Below the pieces are notes generated by a model. The model made no database searches. It was not told the DNA's origin and saw nothing but the letters and a program-made list of their open reading frames with translations. This document shows, in pieces, positions 35,061-44,623 of a DNA stretch of 64,000 nucleotides. Every line of letters starts with the position of its first letter. Within the stretch, counting starts at the first letter, position 1. A program made the position numbers and the translations under genes. Source of the stretch: Flavobacterium sp. (GTDB lineage Bacteria; Bacteroidota; Bacteroidia; Flavobacteriales; Flavobacteriaceae); contig JAIXSK010000006.1 of NCBI GenBank assembly GCA_027484725.1, positions 9,991 through 73,990 on the forward strand. The letters run 5' to 3'.

Positions 35061-35105
35061 TGTGACTTTAGTTACTGACCGGCAGCGAACGTGAAAATAT
35101 CTTTG
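35061..35105 (+). promoter_or_regulatory. tolC-RND operon promoter: CRP-type box TGTGActttagTTACT (35061-35076) plus perfect -7 box TATCTTTG (35098-35105)
   Basis: The box centre is 36.5 nt from the -7 G and the ATG is 25 nt after the -7 box. Both spacings are identical to the PDO-rhodanese promoter. Confidence 0.55.
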
Positions 35106-35130
35106 CCTTGTTATTTTTTAATTCATTCAT

Positions 35131-36441
35131 ATGAACCATTACACAAGGTTACTTTCTTTGGTGCTTCTGAGCATCAGTTCGGCTTGGGCTCAAGATACTT
35201 TGCGCATTTCTAAAAATGAACTACAGCAAAAAGTCATCGAGCAAAATTGGCAACTCAAAATAACAAACCAAGCATTTGAATCGGCGCGTGCGGATTTTCG
35301 TCAAACCAACGCTGTTTTTTTGCCATCGGTATCGGCTTCTTATACCGGAATTTCAACCACCAATCCGCTGATGGCTTTTGGTTCAAAACTCAACCAAGAA
35401 ATTTTAACCGCGGCTGACTTTAATCCGGCTTTGCTCAATGACCCCAAGAAAACCAAAAACTTCGCTACCAAATTTGAAGTATTGCAACCACTCATCAATG
35501 CCGATGGATGGATTGCTCGCGGGGCCGCCAAAACAAAAATGCAAGCCTATCAATTACAATCTGAGCGCACCGCCGAATATCTGAAACTTGAAGTAAACAA
35601 AGCTTATATGCAATTGCAATTGGCCTACAAAGCCATGGCGGTGATCAAAAAAGCGCAAACTACAGCGCAAGCCAATTTAAAACTCATCGAAAATTACTTT
35701 AAACAAGGCTTGGTACAAAAAACCGATGTATTGTTGGTTCAGGTGCGGGTGGGCGAAATTCAAAATCAAGCGCAATACGCTTTGAGCAACGTGCAAAACG
35801 CCTCAGACTATTTGCATTTTTTACTCGGTGAAACCCAAGATAAAAAAGTGTATCAACCTACAGAAAATTTGATTTATGATCCGCAAATAAATACGGTTTC
35901 AGGCACCATCTCAGAACAGCGAAAAGACATTCAAGCGATGATCAAAACCTCAGAAGCCTACCAAAAAATGTCGGTATCTGACCAAATGGGATATTTGCCT
36001 CGATTGAATGCTTTTGGCAGCTACGAATTATACGACACTGCCTTTTTAGGAACCGCGGCCAAAGGCTATACGGTAGGTGCGCAGCTTTCGTGGAATGTTT
36101 TTGATGGCTACAAAACCATTGGCAAGGCGCAAAAATCAAAAGCTGAATACCACAAAGCCAACACCGAACTCGAACAATACAAAGCCCAAAGCCAACTCGA
36201 ACTCAACAAAACACTGCGCCAATTAACCGATGCGCAAAACAAAGTGAATCTATCGCGTTTGGCGCACGAGCAATCACAAGAAGTTTACCGAATAAGACAA
36301 AACCGATTTGCTCAAGGCTTAGAGAAAACCACCGATTTGTTGGCCTCAGAAACCCAACAGTTGCAAAAAGAACTCGAGCTGGACCAAGCTGTTTTTGAAT
36401 ATCAATTAACACAAACCTATCTACAATTTTTAACGAACTAA
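35131..36441 (+). CDS. TolC family outer membrane efflux protein
   Basis: Signal peptide followed by duplicated OEP repeats with long coiled-coil segments. Confidence 0.9.
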   Translation: MNHYTRLLSLVLLSISSAWAQDTLRISKNELQQKVIEQNWQLKITNQAFESARADFRQTNAVFLPSVSASYTGISTTNPLMAFGSKLNQEILTAADFNPALLNDPKKTKNFATKFEVLQPLINADGWIARGAAKTKMQAYQLQSERTAEYLKLEVNKAYMQLQLAYKAMAVIKKAQTTAQANLKLIENYFKQGLVQKTDVLLVQVRVGEIQNQAQYALSNVQNASDYLHFLLGETQDKKVYQPTENLIYDPQINTVSGTISEQRKDIQAMIKTSEAYQKMSVSDQMGYLPRLNAFGSYELYDTAFLGTAAKGYTVGAQLSWNVFDGYKTIGKAQKSKAEYHKANTELEQYKAQSQLELNKTLRQLTDAQNKVNLSRLAHEQSQEVYRIRQNRFAQGLEKTTDLLASETQQLQKELELDQAVFEYQLTQTYLQFLTN

Positions 36442-36443
36442 TC

Positions 36444-37526
36444 ATGAAAAAAATAACCTTGATGATAACCCTTGCCACTTTGATTTTGTTGGTGGCTTGC
36501 TCCGGAAAAACCGAAAAAATTGCATCGTCTGCGGCGGCGGTTTCTGTACAAACGGCCACCGTTGGCCAAGAACAAAACGCTGCTGTGGTTTCGGTAAGCG
36601 GAAAAATTGAAGCCGCCAACAGTGCCAACATCAGCACGCGCATGATGGGCTATGTAACGCAACTAGCAGTAAAAATGGGGCAAAAAGTGCAACAAGGACA
36701 ATTGTTGGTAAGCATTAACAACACCGACATTCAAGCCAAAAAAGCCCAAACCGAGGCCGGTATACTACAAGCAAAGGCCGCGTATAACAACGCCAAAAAA
36801 GACTATGACCGATTTAAGAATCTGTTTGAACAACAGAGTGCTACCCAAAAAGAACTCGACGATATGACCGCGCGTCTATCCATGGCACAAGCAGCTTTAG
36901 AAGGCGCCCAACAAATGCGTAACGAAGTAATGGCGCAATGGGCGTATGCCAACGTAAAAGCACCGTTTTCGGGAGTAATTACCGGAACTTTTGTCAAAGA
37001 AGGCGATATGGCCAATCCGGGTATGCCTCTGGTGAGTATAGAAGGTGGAACGCAATGGCAAGCGGTTGCAATGGTTCCGGAGAGTCAAATTTCTGGGATC
37101 AAGTCAGGAATGAAAGCCAGCGTATTGGTCAAATCCATCGGGAAAACCCTAGCCGGAACCGTCACCGAAGTAAGTGCCTCTGCGCAAAACACCGGCGGGC
37201 AATATTTGGTGAAAGTAAGCTTAGAGCATCCGGACTCAAAAGTGCTTTCGGGCATGTTTGTGCGCGTTGACTTGGCTACCGGCAACCAAACGCCAACACA
37301 AAACAACACCAACGGCATCAGTATATTGAGCCAAGCTTTGGTTCATTCGGGCCAATTGAGTGGTGTTTATGTAGTAAGCCCAGAACATAAAGCCTTGTTG
37401 CGCTGGCTGCGCGTAGGCAAAACTACAGGCAACCAAACCGAAGTTTTATCGGGTTTGGCCAGCGGTGAAACCTATGTGATTTCGGCTGGTGGAAAGCTCT
37501 ATAACGGCGTTTTGGTACAACCTTAA
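36444..37526 (+). CDS. Efflux RND periplasmic adaptor subunit
   Basis: Lipobox LLVACS, a barrel-sandwich/hairpin pattern (AAYNNAKKDYDRFKNLFEQQSATQKELDD) and the APFSGVITG motif. Confidence 0.9.
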   Translation: MKKITLMITLATLILLVACSGKTEKIASSAAAVSVQTATVGQEQNAAVVSVSGKIEAANSANISTRMMGYVTQLAVKMGQKVQQGQLLVSINNTDIQAKKAQTEAGILQAKAAYNNAKKDYDRFKNLFEQQSATQKELDDMTARLSMAQAALEGAQQMRNEVMAQWAYANVKAPFSGVITGTFVKEGDMANPGMPLVSIEGGTQWQAVAMVPESQISGIKSGMKASVLVKSIGKTLAGTVTEVSASAQNTGGQYLVKVSLEHPDSKVLSGMFVRVDLATGNQTPTQNNTNGISILSQALVHSGQLSGVYVVSPEHKALLRWLRVGKTTGNQTEVLSGLASGETYVISAGGKLYNGVLVQP

Positions 37527-37568
37527 TTTTTAATCATAACCCTACTGATTCATGGATAACAGTTGCGT

Positions 37569-37666
37569 GAAGGACCTGCCTGCCGGCTGGCAGGTGGCAG
37601 CGAAAAGCCCACAGTGTATTGAGGACTTGTAGCGTACAGCCTGACCCCTAGGGGCACGCCCAAATA
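37569..37666. repeat. Intergenic repeat family D, inserted between the adaptor and pump genes
   Basis: GGACCTGCCTGCCGGCTGGCAGGTGGCAGCGAAAAG...AGCGTACAGCCTGACCCCTAGGGGCACGCCCAAAT. A related copy lies at 55950-56040. Confidence 0.7.
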
Positions 37667-37678
37667 AAAGATATAATT

Positions 37679-40600
37679 ATGCAAGAAGGTATTTCGGGCA
37701 AAATAGCCCACTTTTTTATACACTCAAAACTCACGGTTTTGCTCATGGTGGCGCTGATGATCATTGGGGTGTATAGTTCGTTTTTGATTCCGCGCGAAGA
37801 AGAACCGCAGATCAACGTACCCATGGCCGATGTGCTCATTGGCTATCCGGGCGCTGCCCCAAGCGAAGTAGAAAGCCGCGTGGTAAAACCGCTCGAGAAA
37901 GTGATTTCAAACATCAAAGGCGTTGAACACGTACACAGTATGGCCATGAATGGTCAGGCGATGTTGGTGGTGCAATTTTTTGTAGGACAAGATGTAGAGC
38001 GTTCGTATGTAAAACTATACGACGAACTCAGCAAACATCAAGATATGTTTCCGGCCGGAGTGATGAAACCTATGGTCAAAACCCGAACCATTGACGATGT
38101 GCCGATGCTCGGGATTACGCTTTGGAGCGAAAAATACGATGGGTACCAACTCAGACAATTGGCTGAAGAAGTAACCTCAGAGGTTGAAAAAGTAAAAGAT
38201 GTAGCCATTACCAAAGAAATAGGCGGACAAACCCGCGCGCTCAAGGTGATTTTGGACAAAGACAAAATGGCCGAGAACGGTGTGGATGCACTCGGCATTC
38301 TGCAAATGATTCAGGCCAACAACACCCAAGCACAATCGGGTAGTTTTGTACACAACGATCGCGAGTATTTAATGACCACGGGTTCGTTTTTGGAATCTGC
38401 CGAAGACGTTGAAAACCTGGTGGTGGGCGTGTATAAAAATAGACCGGTGTATTTAAAACAAGTGGCTCAAGTAGTAGATGGTCCGGCCACTGCAAGCCAA
38501 TATGTATCGTTTGGTTATGGCCAAGCGAATACAAAATACGCACAGCACAAATCAGAATATCCAGCCGTGACTCTATCGGTTGGTAAAGTAAAAGGTGCCG
38601 ATGCGATGAAAATTTCTGAAAAAATCATACACCATTTAGACGCGCTCAAAAAGAATTTGATTCCGGCGGATGTGCACGTTGAAGTGACGCGCAACTACGG
38701 CGAAACGGCCTCTGACAAAGTAGGCGAACTGCTCATGCACTTGGGAATTGCCATTATTGCCGTAACGGTTTTGGTGATGCTGGCCATGGGCTGGCGCGGA
38801 GGTTTGGTGGTGTTTTTCTCGGTGCCACTGACCTTTGCTTTGACTTTGTTTGCCTATTATTTGTTGGGTTATACCCTGAACAGAATCACTCTTTTTGCCT
38901 TGGTATTTGTGGTGGGTATTGTGGTGGACGACAGTATTATTATTGCTGAAAACATGCACCGCCATTTTAAAATGAAGCGACTTCCGTTTGGCCAAGCGGC
39001 AATTTATGCCATCAATGAAGTGGGCAACCCCACCATTTTGGCCACCTTTACCGTGATTGCGGCTATTTTGCCGATGGCTTTTGTGTCGGGGATGATGGGG
39101 CCTTATATGAGTCCGATGCCAATTGGCGCATCAATTGCCATGATGCTCTCACTGTTTGTGGCCTTGACTGTGACACCGTATTTGGGTTATCATTTACTGC
39201 AAGAAAAAGACCACCAACAACACCAAGAGGAACAAGGCTTAGAAACGAGTTTTATTTATAAAATATACCGCAAGCTCGAACAACCTTTGCTGGATAATTC
39301 TAAAAAAAGACGATGGATGCTGGGTGCAACGGTATTGTTGTTATTCGGCTCAATAGCCATGTTCTTTGGGAAACAAGTGGTGGTAAAAATGCTACCGTTT
39401 GACAACAAAAATGAGTTTCAAGTGGTGATTGATATGCCCGAAGGAACCACGCTTGAACGAACCGCAGCGGTCACCCAAGAAATTGCTCAGTATTTATCAG
39501 AGCAGCCCGAAGTGGTCAACTATCAGAACTATGTGGGCACATCGGCACCGATTACTTTTAACGGCTTGGTGCGACATTATGATCTGCGAGGTGGTAGCAA
39601 TATGGCCGATATTCAGGTAAACTTATTGCACAAAGAAGACCGCAGCTTGCAAAGTCACGACATCGCCAAACGCATCCGCGGAGCCATTCAAAAAATAGGG
39701 CATCGCTACGGCGCCAATGTAAAGTTGATTGAAGTTCCGCCGGGACCACCGGTTTTATCAACTTTGGTTGCTGAAATTTACGGCCCTGATTACACACAAC
39801 AAATTCAAGTGGCACAGCAAGTCAAAGATATCTTGCATCAAACACCTGATATTGTTGATATTGATTGGATGACCGAAGACGCACAAACCGAATATAAGTT
39901 TGAAATTGACAAAGAAAAAGCCATGCTCAACGGTATTGCACCTGCACAAGTGGTGGGTAATTTGACTTATTTACTCAAAGAATATCCGGTGAGCGATTTG
40001 CACGATGCGCGCTCGAATGATCCGGTAGGGATTGTGCTTTCGTTGCATGATGCCGATAAAACCTCATTGGATGACATCAAAAACCTTAAAATTAAAGGCG
40101 CACAAGGGCAAATAGTTTCGGTGGGCGATTTGGTTCAGATAAAAACCGATACACTCGCCAAAACTATTTATCGCAAAGACCAAAAACGCGTAGTCTACGT
40201 AACGGCTGATATGGCCGGAGCCTTAGAGAGCCCAGTGTATGCTATCTTGGGTATGAACGAAAAACTGCAAAAAATCAAATTGCCCGCCGGATACAAAATC
40301 AATGAATTGTATATGGAACAACCCAATGATGAAAGCGATTTTACCGTAAAATGGGATGGCGAATGGCAAATTACGCTAGAAGTTTTTCGCGATTTGGGCG
40401 CAGCGTTTTTGGTGGTCATCATCATTATTTATATGCTCATTGTGGGCTGGTTCCAGAATTTTAAAACCCCGATGGTCATGATGATGGCGATTCCGCTTTC
40501 GCTCATTGGCATTGTACTCGGACACTGGTTACTGGGCGCGTTCTTTACGGCCACTTCGTTTATTGGTATGATTGCCTTGGCCGGCGTGATGGTGCGCAAC

Positions 40601-40873
40601 TCGGTTTTGCTCATTGACTTTATTGAAATCAGACTCAACGAAGGCATTCCGCTCAAACAAGCCATCATTGAGGCCGGAGCGGTAAGGACTACTCCTATTC
40701 TACTCACCACCGGAGCCGTGGTTATTGGCGCATCGATCATATTGTTTGACCCGATTTTTCAAGGATTGGCCATCTCATTGGTAGCCGGTGCCGTCGTATC
40801 AACCATACTTACTCTTATCGTTGTGCCGCTGATTTATTACATCACCGAAAGAAAAAAATGGGAAAAATCATAA
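37679..40873 (+). CDS. Efflux RND transporter permease subunit (AcrB/AcrD/AcrF superfamily)
   Basis: 1064 aa with a 12-TM architecture and two large periplasmic loops. Confidence 0.92.
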   Translation: MQEGISGKIAHFFIHSKLTVLLMVALMIIGVYSSFLIPREEEPQINVPMADVLIGYPGAAPSEVESRVVKPLEKVISNIKGVEHVHSMAMNGQAMLVVQFFVGQDVERSYVKLYDELSKHQDMFPAGVMKPMVKTRTIDDVPMLGITLWSEKYDGYQLRQLAEEVTSEVEKVKDVAITKEIGGQTRALKVILDKDKMAENGVDALGILQMIQANNTQAQSGSFVHNDREYLMTTGSFLESAEDVENLVVGVYKNRPVYLKQVAQVVDGPATASQYVSFGYGQANTKYAQHKSEYPAVTLSVGKVKGADAMKISEKIIHHLDALKKNLIPADVHVEVTRNYGETASDKVGELLMHLGIAIIAVTVLVMLAMGWRGGLVVFFSVPLTFALTLFAYYLLGYTLNRITLFALVFVVGIVVDDSIIIAENMHRHFKMKRLPFGQAAIYAINEVGNPTILATFTVIAAILPMAFVSGMMGPYMSPMPIGASIAMMLSLFVALTVTPYLGYHLLQEKDHQQHQEEQGLETSFIYKIYRKLEQPLLDNSKKRRWMLGATVLLLFGSIAMFFGKQVVVKMLPFDNKNEFQVVIDMPEGTTLERTAAVTQEIAQYLSEQPEVVNYQNYVGTSAPITFNGLVRHYDLRGGSNMADIQVNLLHKEDRSLQSHDIAKRIRGAIQKIGHRYGANVKLIEVPPGPPVLSTLVAEIYGPDYTQQIQVAQQVKDILHQTPDIVDIDWMTEDAQTEYKFEIDKEKAMLNGIAPAQVVGNLTYLLKEYPVSDLHDARSNDPVGIVLSLHDADKTSLDDIKNLKIKGAQGQIVSVGDLVQIKTDTLAKTIYRKDQKRVVYVTADMAGALESPVYAILGMNEKLQKIKLPAGYKINELYMEQPNDESDFTVKWDGEWQITLEVFRDLGAAFLVVIIIIYMLIVGWFQNFKTPMVMMMAIPLSLIGIVLGHWLLGAFFTATSFIGMIALAGVMVRNSVLLIDFIEIRLNEGIPLKQAIIEAGAVRTTPILLTTGAVVIGASIILFDPIFQGLAISLVAGAVVSTILTLIVVPLIYYITERKKWEKS

Positions 40874-40885
40874 AACCTAAAAACC

Positions 40886-41203
40886 ATGAAACTACTCATC
40901 ATAACGGCCTCTAAAGGCTTTGACAAAAACATCGTCCGCATGCTCAAAACAGCCGGCGTCAAACATTTCTCGTTTCAGGAAGTCAACGGCTATGAAGATA
41001 ATACTGACCAAAATTTGAGCGACCATTGGTTTGCTACCGAAGCCACTGTGACTGAATCAGTTTTGTATTACGCTTTTGTGGCTGAAGAAAGCACCAACCA
41101 ACTGTTGGCCGAAGTTGACCAATTCAACGCTGTACAAAATGTACAATCACATATACATGCAGCGGTAGTGGCAGTTGAGAAAATGAACAACCTTAACCTT
41201 TAA
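40886..41203 (+). CDS. Small alpha/beta protein, possibly P-II-like
   Basis: MKLLIITASKGFDKNIVRMLKTAGVKHFSFQEVNGY recalls the first beta-alpha-beta of GlnB/CutA-like folds. The similarity is weak. Confidence 0.5.
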   Translation: MKLLIITASKGFDKNIVRMLKTAGVKHFSFQEVNGYEDNTDQNLSDHWFATEATVTESVLYYAFVAEESTNQLLAEVDQFNAVQNVQSHIHAAVVAVEKMNNLNL

Positions 41204-41214
41204 AAACTTGAATT

Positions 41215-41409
41215 ATGATTAATAGAATGATTCGCGCCATAGCCGGAACTTTTATCTTGCTGAGCCTATTGCTCGCTGTTTATGTCAACATCAACTGGTT
41301 GTGGTTTACCGGATTTGTGGGCGTTAATTTACTGCAATCGTCTATAACGAAATGGTGTTTGATGGAAGACATTTTAAAAAAACTCGGCGTTCGAGATGAA
41401 TTAAATTAA
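41215..41409 (+). CDS. DUF2892 (YgaP-like) small membrane protein
   Basis: MIRAIAGTFILLSLLLA....FVGVNLLQSSITKWCLMEDILKKLGV. Confidence 0.65.
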   Translation: MINRMIRAIAGTFILLSLLLAVYVNINWLWFTGFVGVNLLQSSITKWCLMEDILKKLGVRDELN

Positions 41410-41427
41410 CTTTACAAAAAAAATCTG

Positions 41428-41631
41428 ATGAAATCACTTTTGTTTAAAAATTGGCATTTAATGCGCTATTTCAGATTTGCCTTATCGCTGATGCTGTTTG
41501 CGCAAGCCTATGAAACCCAGCAATGGTTTTATCTTTTATTCGGATTATTCTTTTTGATGCAGGCGCTGTTTAATTTAGGATGCGGCGCGGCCGGCTGCGA
41601 TGTGAACTACAAAAACAAAAAACAAGAATAA
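41428..41631 (+). CDS. Small two-TM protein with a C-terminal GCGAAGC motif
   Basis: Two hydrophobic helices and two Cys. It sits between DUF2892 and the second PDO-rhodanese gene. Confidence 0.45.
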   Translation: MKSLLFKNWHLMRYFRFALSLMLFAQAYETQQWFYLLFGLFFLMQALFNLGCGAAGCDVNYKNKKQE

Positions 41632-41741
41632 TACGAGCATATGGGTCCTCAAAAACGGCATATGTTAACTTGCGTTTGACCTCTGTGTATTTTGTTTAAA
41701 TTTGAGCCGACAAAATCAAAATCCAACTAGTTACTTACACG

Positions 41742-43151
41742 ATGAAAATCCAACAAATATACACCGGCTGCATTGCGCAAGCGGCCTATTATCTAGAAAG
41801 CAACGGCGAAGCTGCTATTTTTGATCCGCTCAGAGAAGTCGGACCTTATCTTGAAAAAGCAGCGGCTGATAACGCCCAAATCAAATACATTTTTGAAACC
41901 CATTTTCACGCTGATTTTGTTTCAGGTCATTTAGATTTGGCTCAAAAAACCGGCGGAACCATCGTCTATGGCCCCACCGCAAAACCGGGTTTTGAAGCAT
42001 TGATTGCCACCGACGGACAAGAATTCAAAGTGGGCCATTATACCATTCGCGCTATCCACACACCGGGTCATACGCTCGAGAGCACTTGTTATTTACTTTT
42101 GGATGAAAACCATAAAATGCACGGCATTATTACTGGCGACACGCTGTTTATTGGCGATGTGGGCCGACCTGATTTGGCGCAAGCCTTGACCGAAGAACTC
42201 ACCCAAGAAAAATTGGCCAGTTATTTATTTGATTCGCTCAGAAATAAAATTATGCCTTTGCCCGATGATTTGATTGTTTATCCAAGTCACGGTGCCGGAA
42301 GCGCCTGCGGCAAAAACATGAGCAAAGAAACTACCGATACTTTAGGCAATCAAAAAAGAACCAATTACGCTTTGCGCGCTGATATGACCCGCGAAGAGTT
42401 TACCGCTGAACTTTTGGACGGATTGGGTGCTCCCCCGGCTTATTTTCCGCAGAACGTGATGCTCAATATTAATGGCTATGCATCGCTTGATCAAGTGATG
42501 AGTCAAGCCAACAAAGCGCTCGATGCCAAAACTTTTGAAGCCATGGCGCAAGACGATGTGGTTATTTTAGATGTTCGTCACGAAAATGACTTTGTCAAAA
42601 AACACATTCCAGGTTCTATTTTTATCGGTATTCAAGGCAATTTTGCTCCGTGGGTGGGCGCTTTGATCATGAATGTCAATCAGCCTTTGTTGCTGGTGAT
42701 TCCTGAAGGACGCGAACAAGAAACCATTACGCGTTTGGCCCGTGTTGGTTTTGACCATGCCTTGGGTTATCTCAAAGGTGGCATTGAAGCTTGGGAAGCG
42801 GCTGGTTTTGAAACTGACTCTATTGAATCAATCAGTCCGGAAGTTTTTGCAGCACAATATTCAAAAGAATCGATTGTAGTAGATGCGCGCAAACCCGGAG
42901 AATACGCGGGTGAACATGTAGCTGATGCTTTGAATATTCCGCTCGATACCGTCAATACACATATGTCAGAAATTCCGCAAGACAAAACTTTTTATGTGCA
43001 TTGCCAAGGCGGATATCGCTCGGTCATTATGGCTTCAATCCTCAAAGCCCGCGGATACCACAACATGATTAATGTAGAAAAAGGATTTGTGGGTATTAAG
43101 AATACGAATGTTCCAGTGACCGATTTTGTTTGTCCATCTCAAAGAAAATAA
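41742..43151 (+). CDS. Persulfide dioxygenase-like MBL-fold hydrolase fused to two rhodanese domains (paralog 2)
   Basis: Collinear with 26437..27852 (ETHFHADFVSGH, HTPGHT; catalytic loop HCQGGYRS). The N-terminal half is much more similar than the rhodanese half. Confidence 0.9.
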   Translation: MKIQQIYTGCIAQAAYYLESNGEAAIFDPLREVGPYLEKAAADNAQIKYIFETHFHADFVSGHLDLAQKTGGTIVYGPTAKPGFEALIATDGQEFKVGHYTIRAIHTPGHTLESTCYLLLDENHKMHGIITGDTLFIGDVGRPDLAQALTEELTQEKLASYLFDSLRNKIMPLPDDLIVYPSHGAGSACGKNMSKETTDTLGNQKRTNYALRADMTREEFTAELLDGLGAPPAYFPQNVMLNINGYASLDQVMSQANKALDAKTFEAMAQDDVVILDVRHENDFVKKHIPGSIFIGIQGNFAPWVGALIMNVNQPLLLVIPEGREQETITRLARVGFDHALGYLKGGIEAWEAAGFETDSIESISPEVFAAQYSKESIVVDARKPGEYAGEHVADALNIPLDTVNTHMSEIPQDKTFYVHCQGGYRSVIMASILKARGYHNMINVEKGFVGIKNTNVPVTDFVCPSQRK

Positions 43152-43208
43152 CTGCAACTATAACAAAAATTTAAGGTCGAAAAATCGGATGCATCGCATT
43201 ATTTTAAA

Positions 43209-43216
43209 TACTTTTG
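43209..43216 (+). promoter_or_regulatory. -7 box TACTTTTG upstream of the TlpA-like gene
   Basis: Perfect TAnnTTTG match 22 nt before ATG 43238. There is no CRP-type box at the corresponding upstream distance. Confidence 0.4.
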
Positions 43217-43237
43217 CGGCCAAATAAAAACAATTTC

Positions 43238-44380
43238 ATGAAAAAAATCCTCGTATTAGCCTCTGCTCTAGCTGTTTTGGCTTCTTGTAAAAAAACCGGT
43301 GACACCGAATATATCGTGAGCGGAAATGTCAAAGGAATTGCCGATGGTAAAATGGTAATGTTGCAAACCCAAGATGAAACGGGGATGCTCAAATCCGTCG
43401 ATACAGTAAAAGTTCAAAAAGAAAAATTTGTTTTTGAAGGCAAAGCCGCTGAACCTGAAATGTATTTGGTTCAGGTAGAAGGTGTTATGGGCAAAATTCC
43501 ATTCATTCTTGAAGAAGGTGAAATTGAGATGACCATTGATAAAGACAGTTTACCGCTGAGCAAAATCAAAGGAAGCTATAACAACGACGAACTCAATGCT
43601 TATAAAGCCAAAGGCTGGGAAGTTCAGAAAAAGATGATCAAGTTTCAGCAAGACAATATGGCAAAAATGGAATTGGCGCAAAAAACCAAAGACATGGCCA
43701 CCATTGAAGCTTTGCAAAAAGAATACACAAAATTCCAAGAAGATTTCATCAAACAAAACGATGCGTATGTAAGCAGCCACCCGAAAGCGTTTATTTCAGC
43801 TTTGATTATTGAAGGCATGTTTAACCAAGGCGCGCCGGATATCAAAAAAATCAAAGGTTACTTCGATAAACTCGATGAATCAGTCAAAAACACCAAACAC
43901 GGTAAAAAAATCAAAAAGCAACTCGATGAATTGAGCAAACCGGTGGCTGCCGTTAAGGAACTCAAAGCCGGCGATATGGCTCCGGATTTTTCAGCACCTG
44001 ATGCCGCCGGAAAAACAATTTCTCTCAAACAAAGTATGGGCAAAATTACCATTGTTGATTTTTGGGCTTCTTGGTGTAATCCGTGTCGTGCCGAGAATCC
44101 GAACATGGTAGCCTTATACAAAGAATTCCACGGTAAAGGTTTGAACATCATCAGTGTTTCGTTAGACAGCGATGCAGCCAAATGGAAAGGCGCTATTGCC
44201 AAAGACGGTCTTACTTGGACGCAAGTTTCAAACTTAAAAGAAATGGAAGACCCGATTGCCGATGCTTATGGGGTAAAACTCATCCCGACTACTTTTGTTT
44301 TGGATGCCAACGGAAAAATTTTAGCGCGTGACCTGCGCGGAGCAGAACTGAAAGATAAAGTGAAGTCACTTTTAAAATAA
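43238..44380 (+). CDS. TlpA/AhpC-TSA family thiol:disulfide oxidoreductase lipoprotein (DUF4369-type N-domain)
   Basis: Lipobox LASC and the thioredoxin-fold active site FWASWCNPC. Confidence 0.9.
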   Translation: MKKILVLASALAVLASCKKTGDTEYIVSGNVKGIADGKMVMLQTQDETGMLKSVDTVKVQKEKFVFEGKAAEPEMYLVQVEGVMGKIPFILEEGEIEMTIDKDSLPLSKIKGSYNNDELNAYKAKGWEVQKKMIKFQQDNMAKMELAQKTKDMATIEALQKEYTKFQEDFIKQNDAYVSSHPKAFISALIIEGMFNQGAPDIKKIKGYFDKLDESVKNTKHGKKIKKQLDELSKPVAAVKELKAGDMAPDFSAPDAAGKTISLKQSMGKITIVDFWASWCNPCRAENPNMVALYKEFHGKGLNIISVSLDSDAAKWKGAIAKDGLTWTQVSNLKEMEDPIADAYGVKLIPTTFVLDANGKILARDLRGAELKDKVKSLLK

Positions 44381-44402
44381 ACAAACCAGACATTGAATTG
44401 AA

Positions 44403-44427
44403 AAATCTCCTTCGGGGGATTTTTTTA
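44403..44427 (+). terminator. Rho-independent terminator
   Basis: AATCTCC-ttcg-GGGGATT followed by TTTTTT. Confidence 0.75.
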
Positions 44428-44481
44428 TTTGACTTAGGTTCAACCATTTAAAAATTAGTTCATACAATAGCGCAAATTAAG

Positions 44482-44512
44482 TTTGCAAACACCAAAACAG
44501 TTTCTATATTTG
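44482..44512 (+). promoter_or_regulatory. Bacteroidota-type promoter of tRNA-Tyr (-33 TTTG, -7 TATATTTG)
   Basis: TTTG at 44482-44485 is followed by a 19-nt spacer and TATATTTG at 44505-44512. The tRNA starts 18 nt downstream. Confidence 0.65.
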
Positions 44513-44529
44513 CACGCGCTTGAACGCAC

Positions 44530-44610
44530 GGGAAGATACTCAAGCGGCCAACGAGGACGGACTGTAAATCCGTTGGGAAACCTTCGCAGGTTCGAATCCT
44601 GCTCTTCCCA
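44530..44610 (+). tRNA. tRNA-Tyr (anticodon GTA)
   Basis: Acceptor GGGAAGA/TCTTCCC with discriminator A; anticodon arm ACGGA-CTGTAAA-TCCGT; long variable arm; T arm GCAGG-TTCGAAT-CCTGC. No CCA is encoded. Confidence 0.92.
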
Positions 44611-44623
44611 CAAAAAAATAATT

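Noticed and set aside
41660-41741. A CRP-type box was sought upstream of the second PDO-rhodanese gene. CCGACAAAATCAAAAT at ~41708 looks vaguely similar, and a TAAATTTG -7 box lies at 41697-41704.
   Set aside because: The similar string lies downstream of the -7 box and lacks one spacer nucleotide. The sequence at the expected -41.5 position (ATATGTTAACTTGCGT) does not match.
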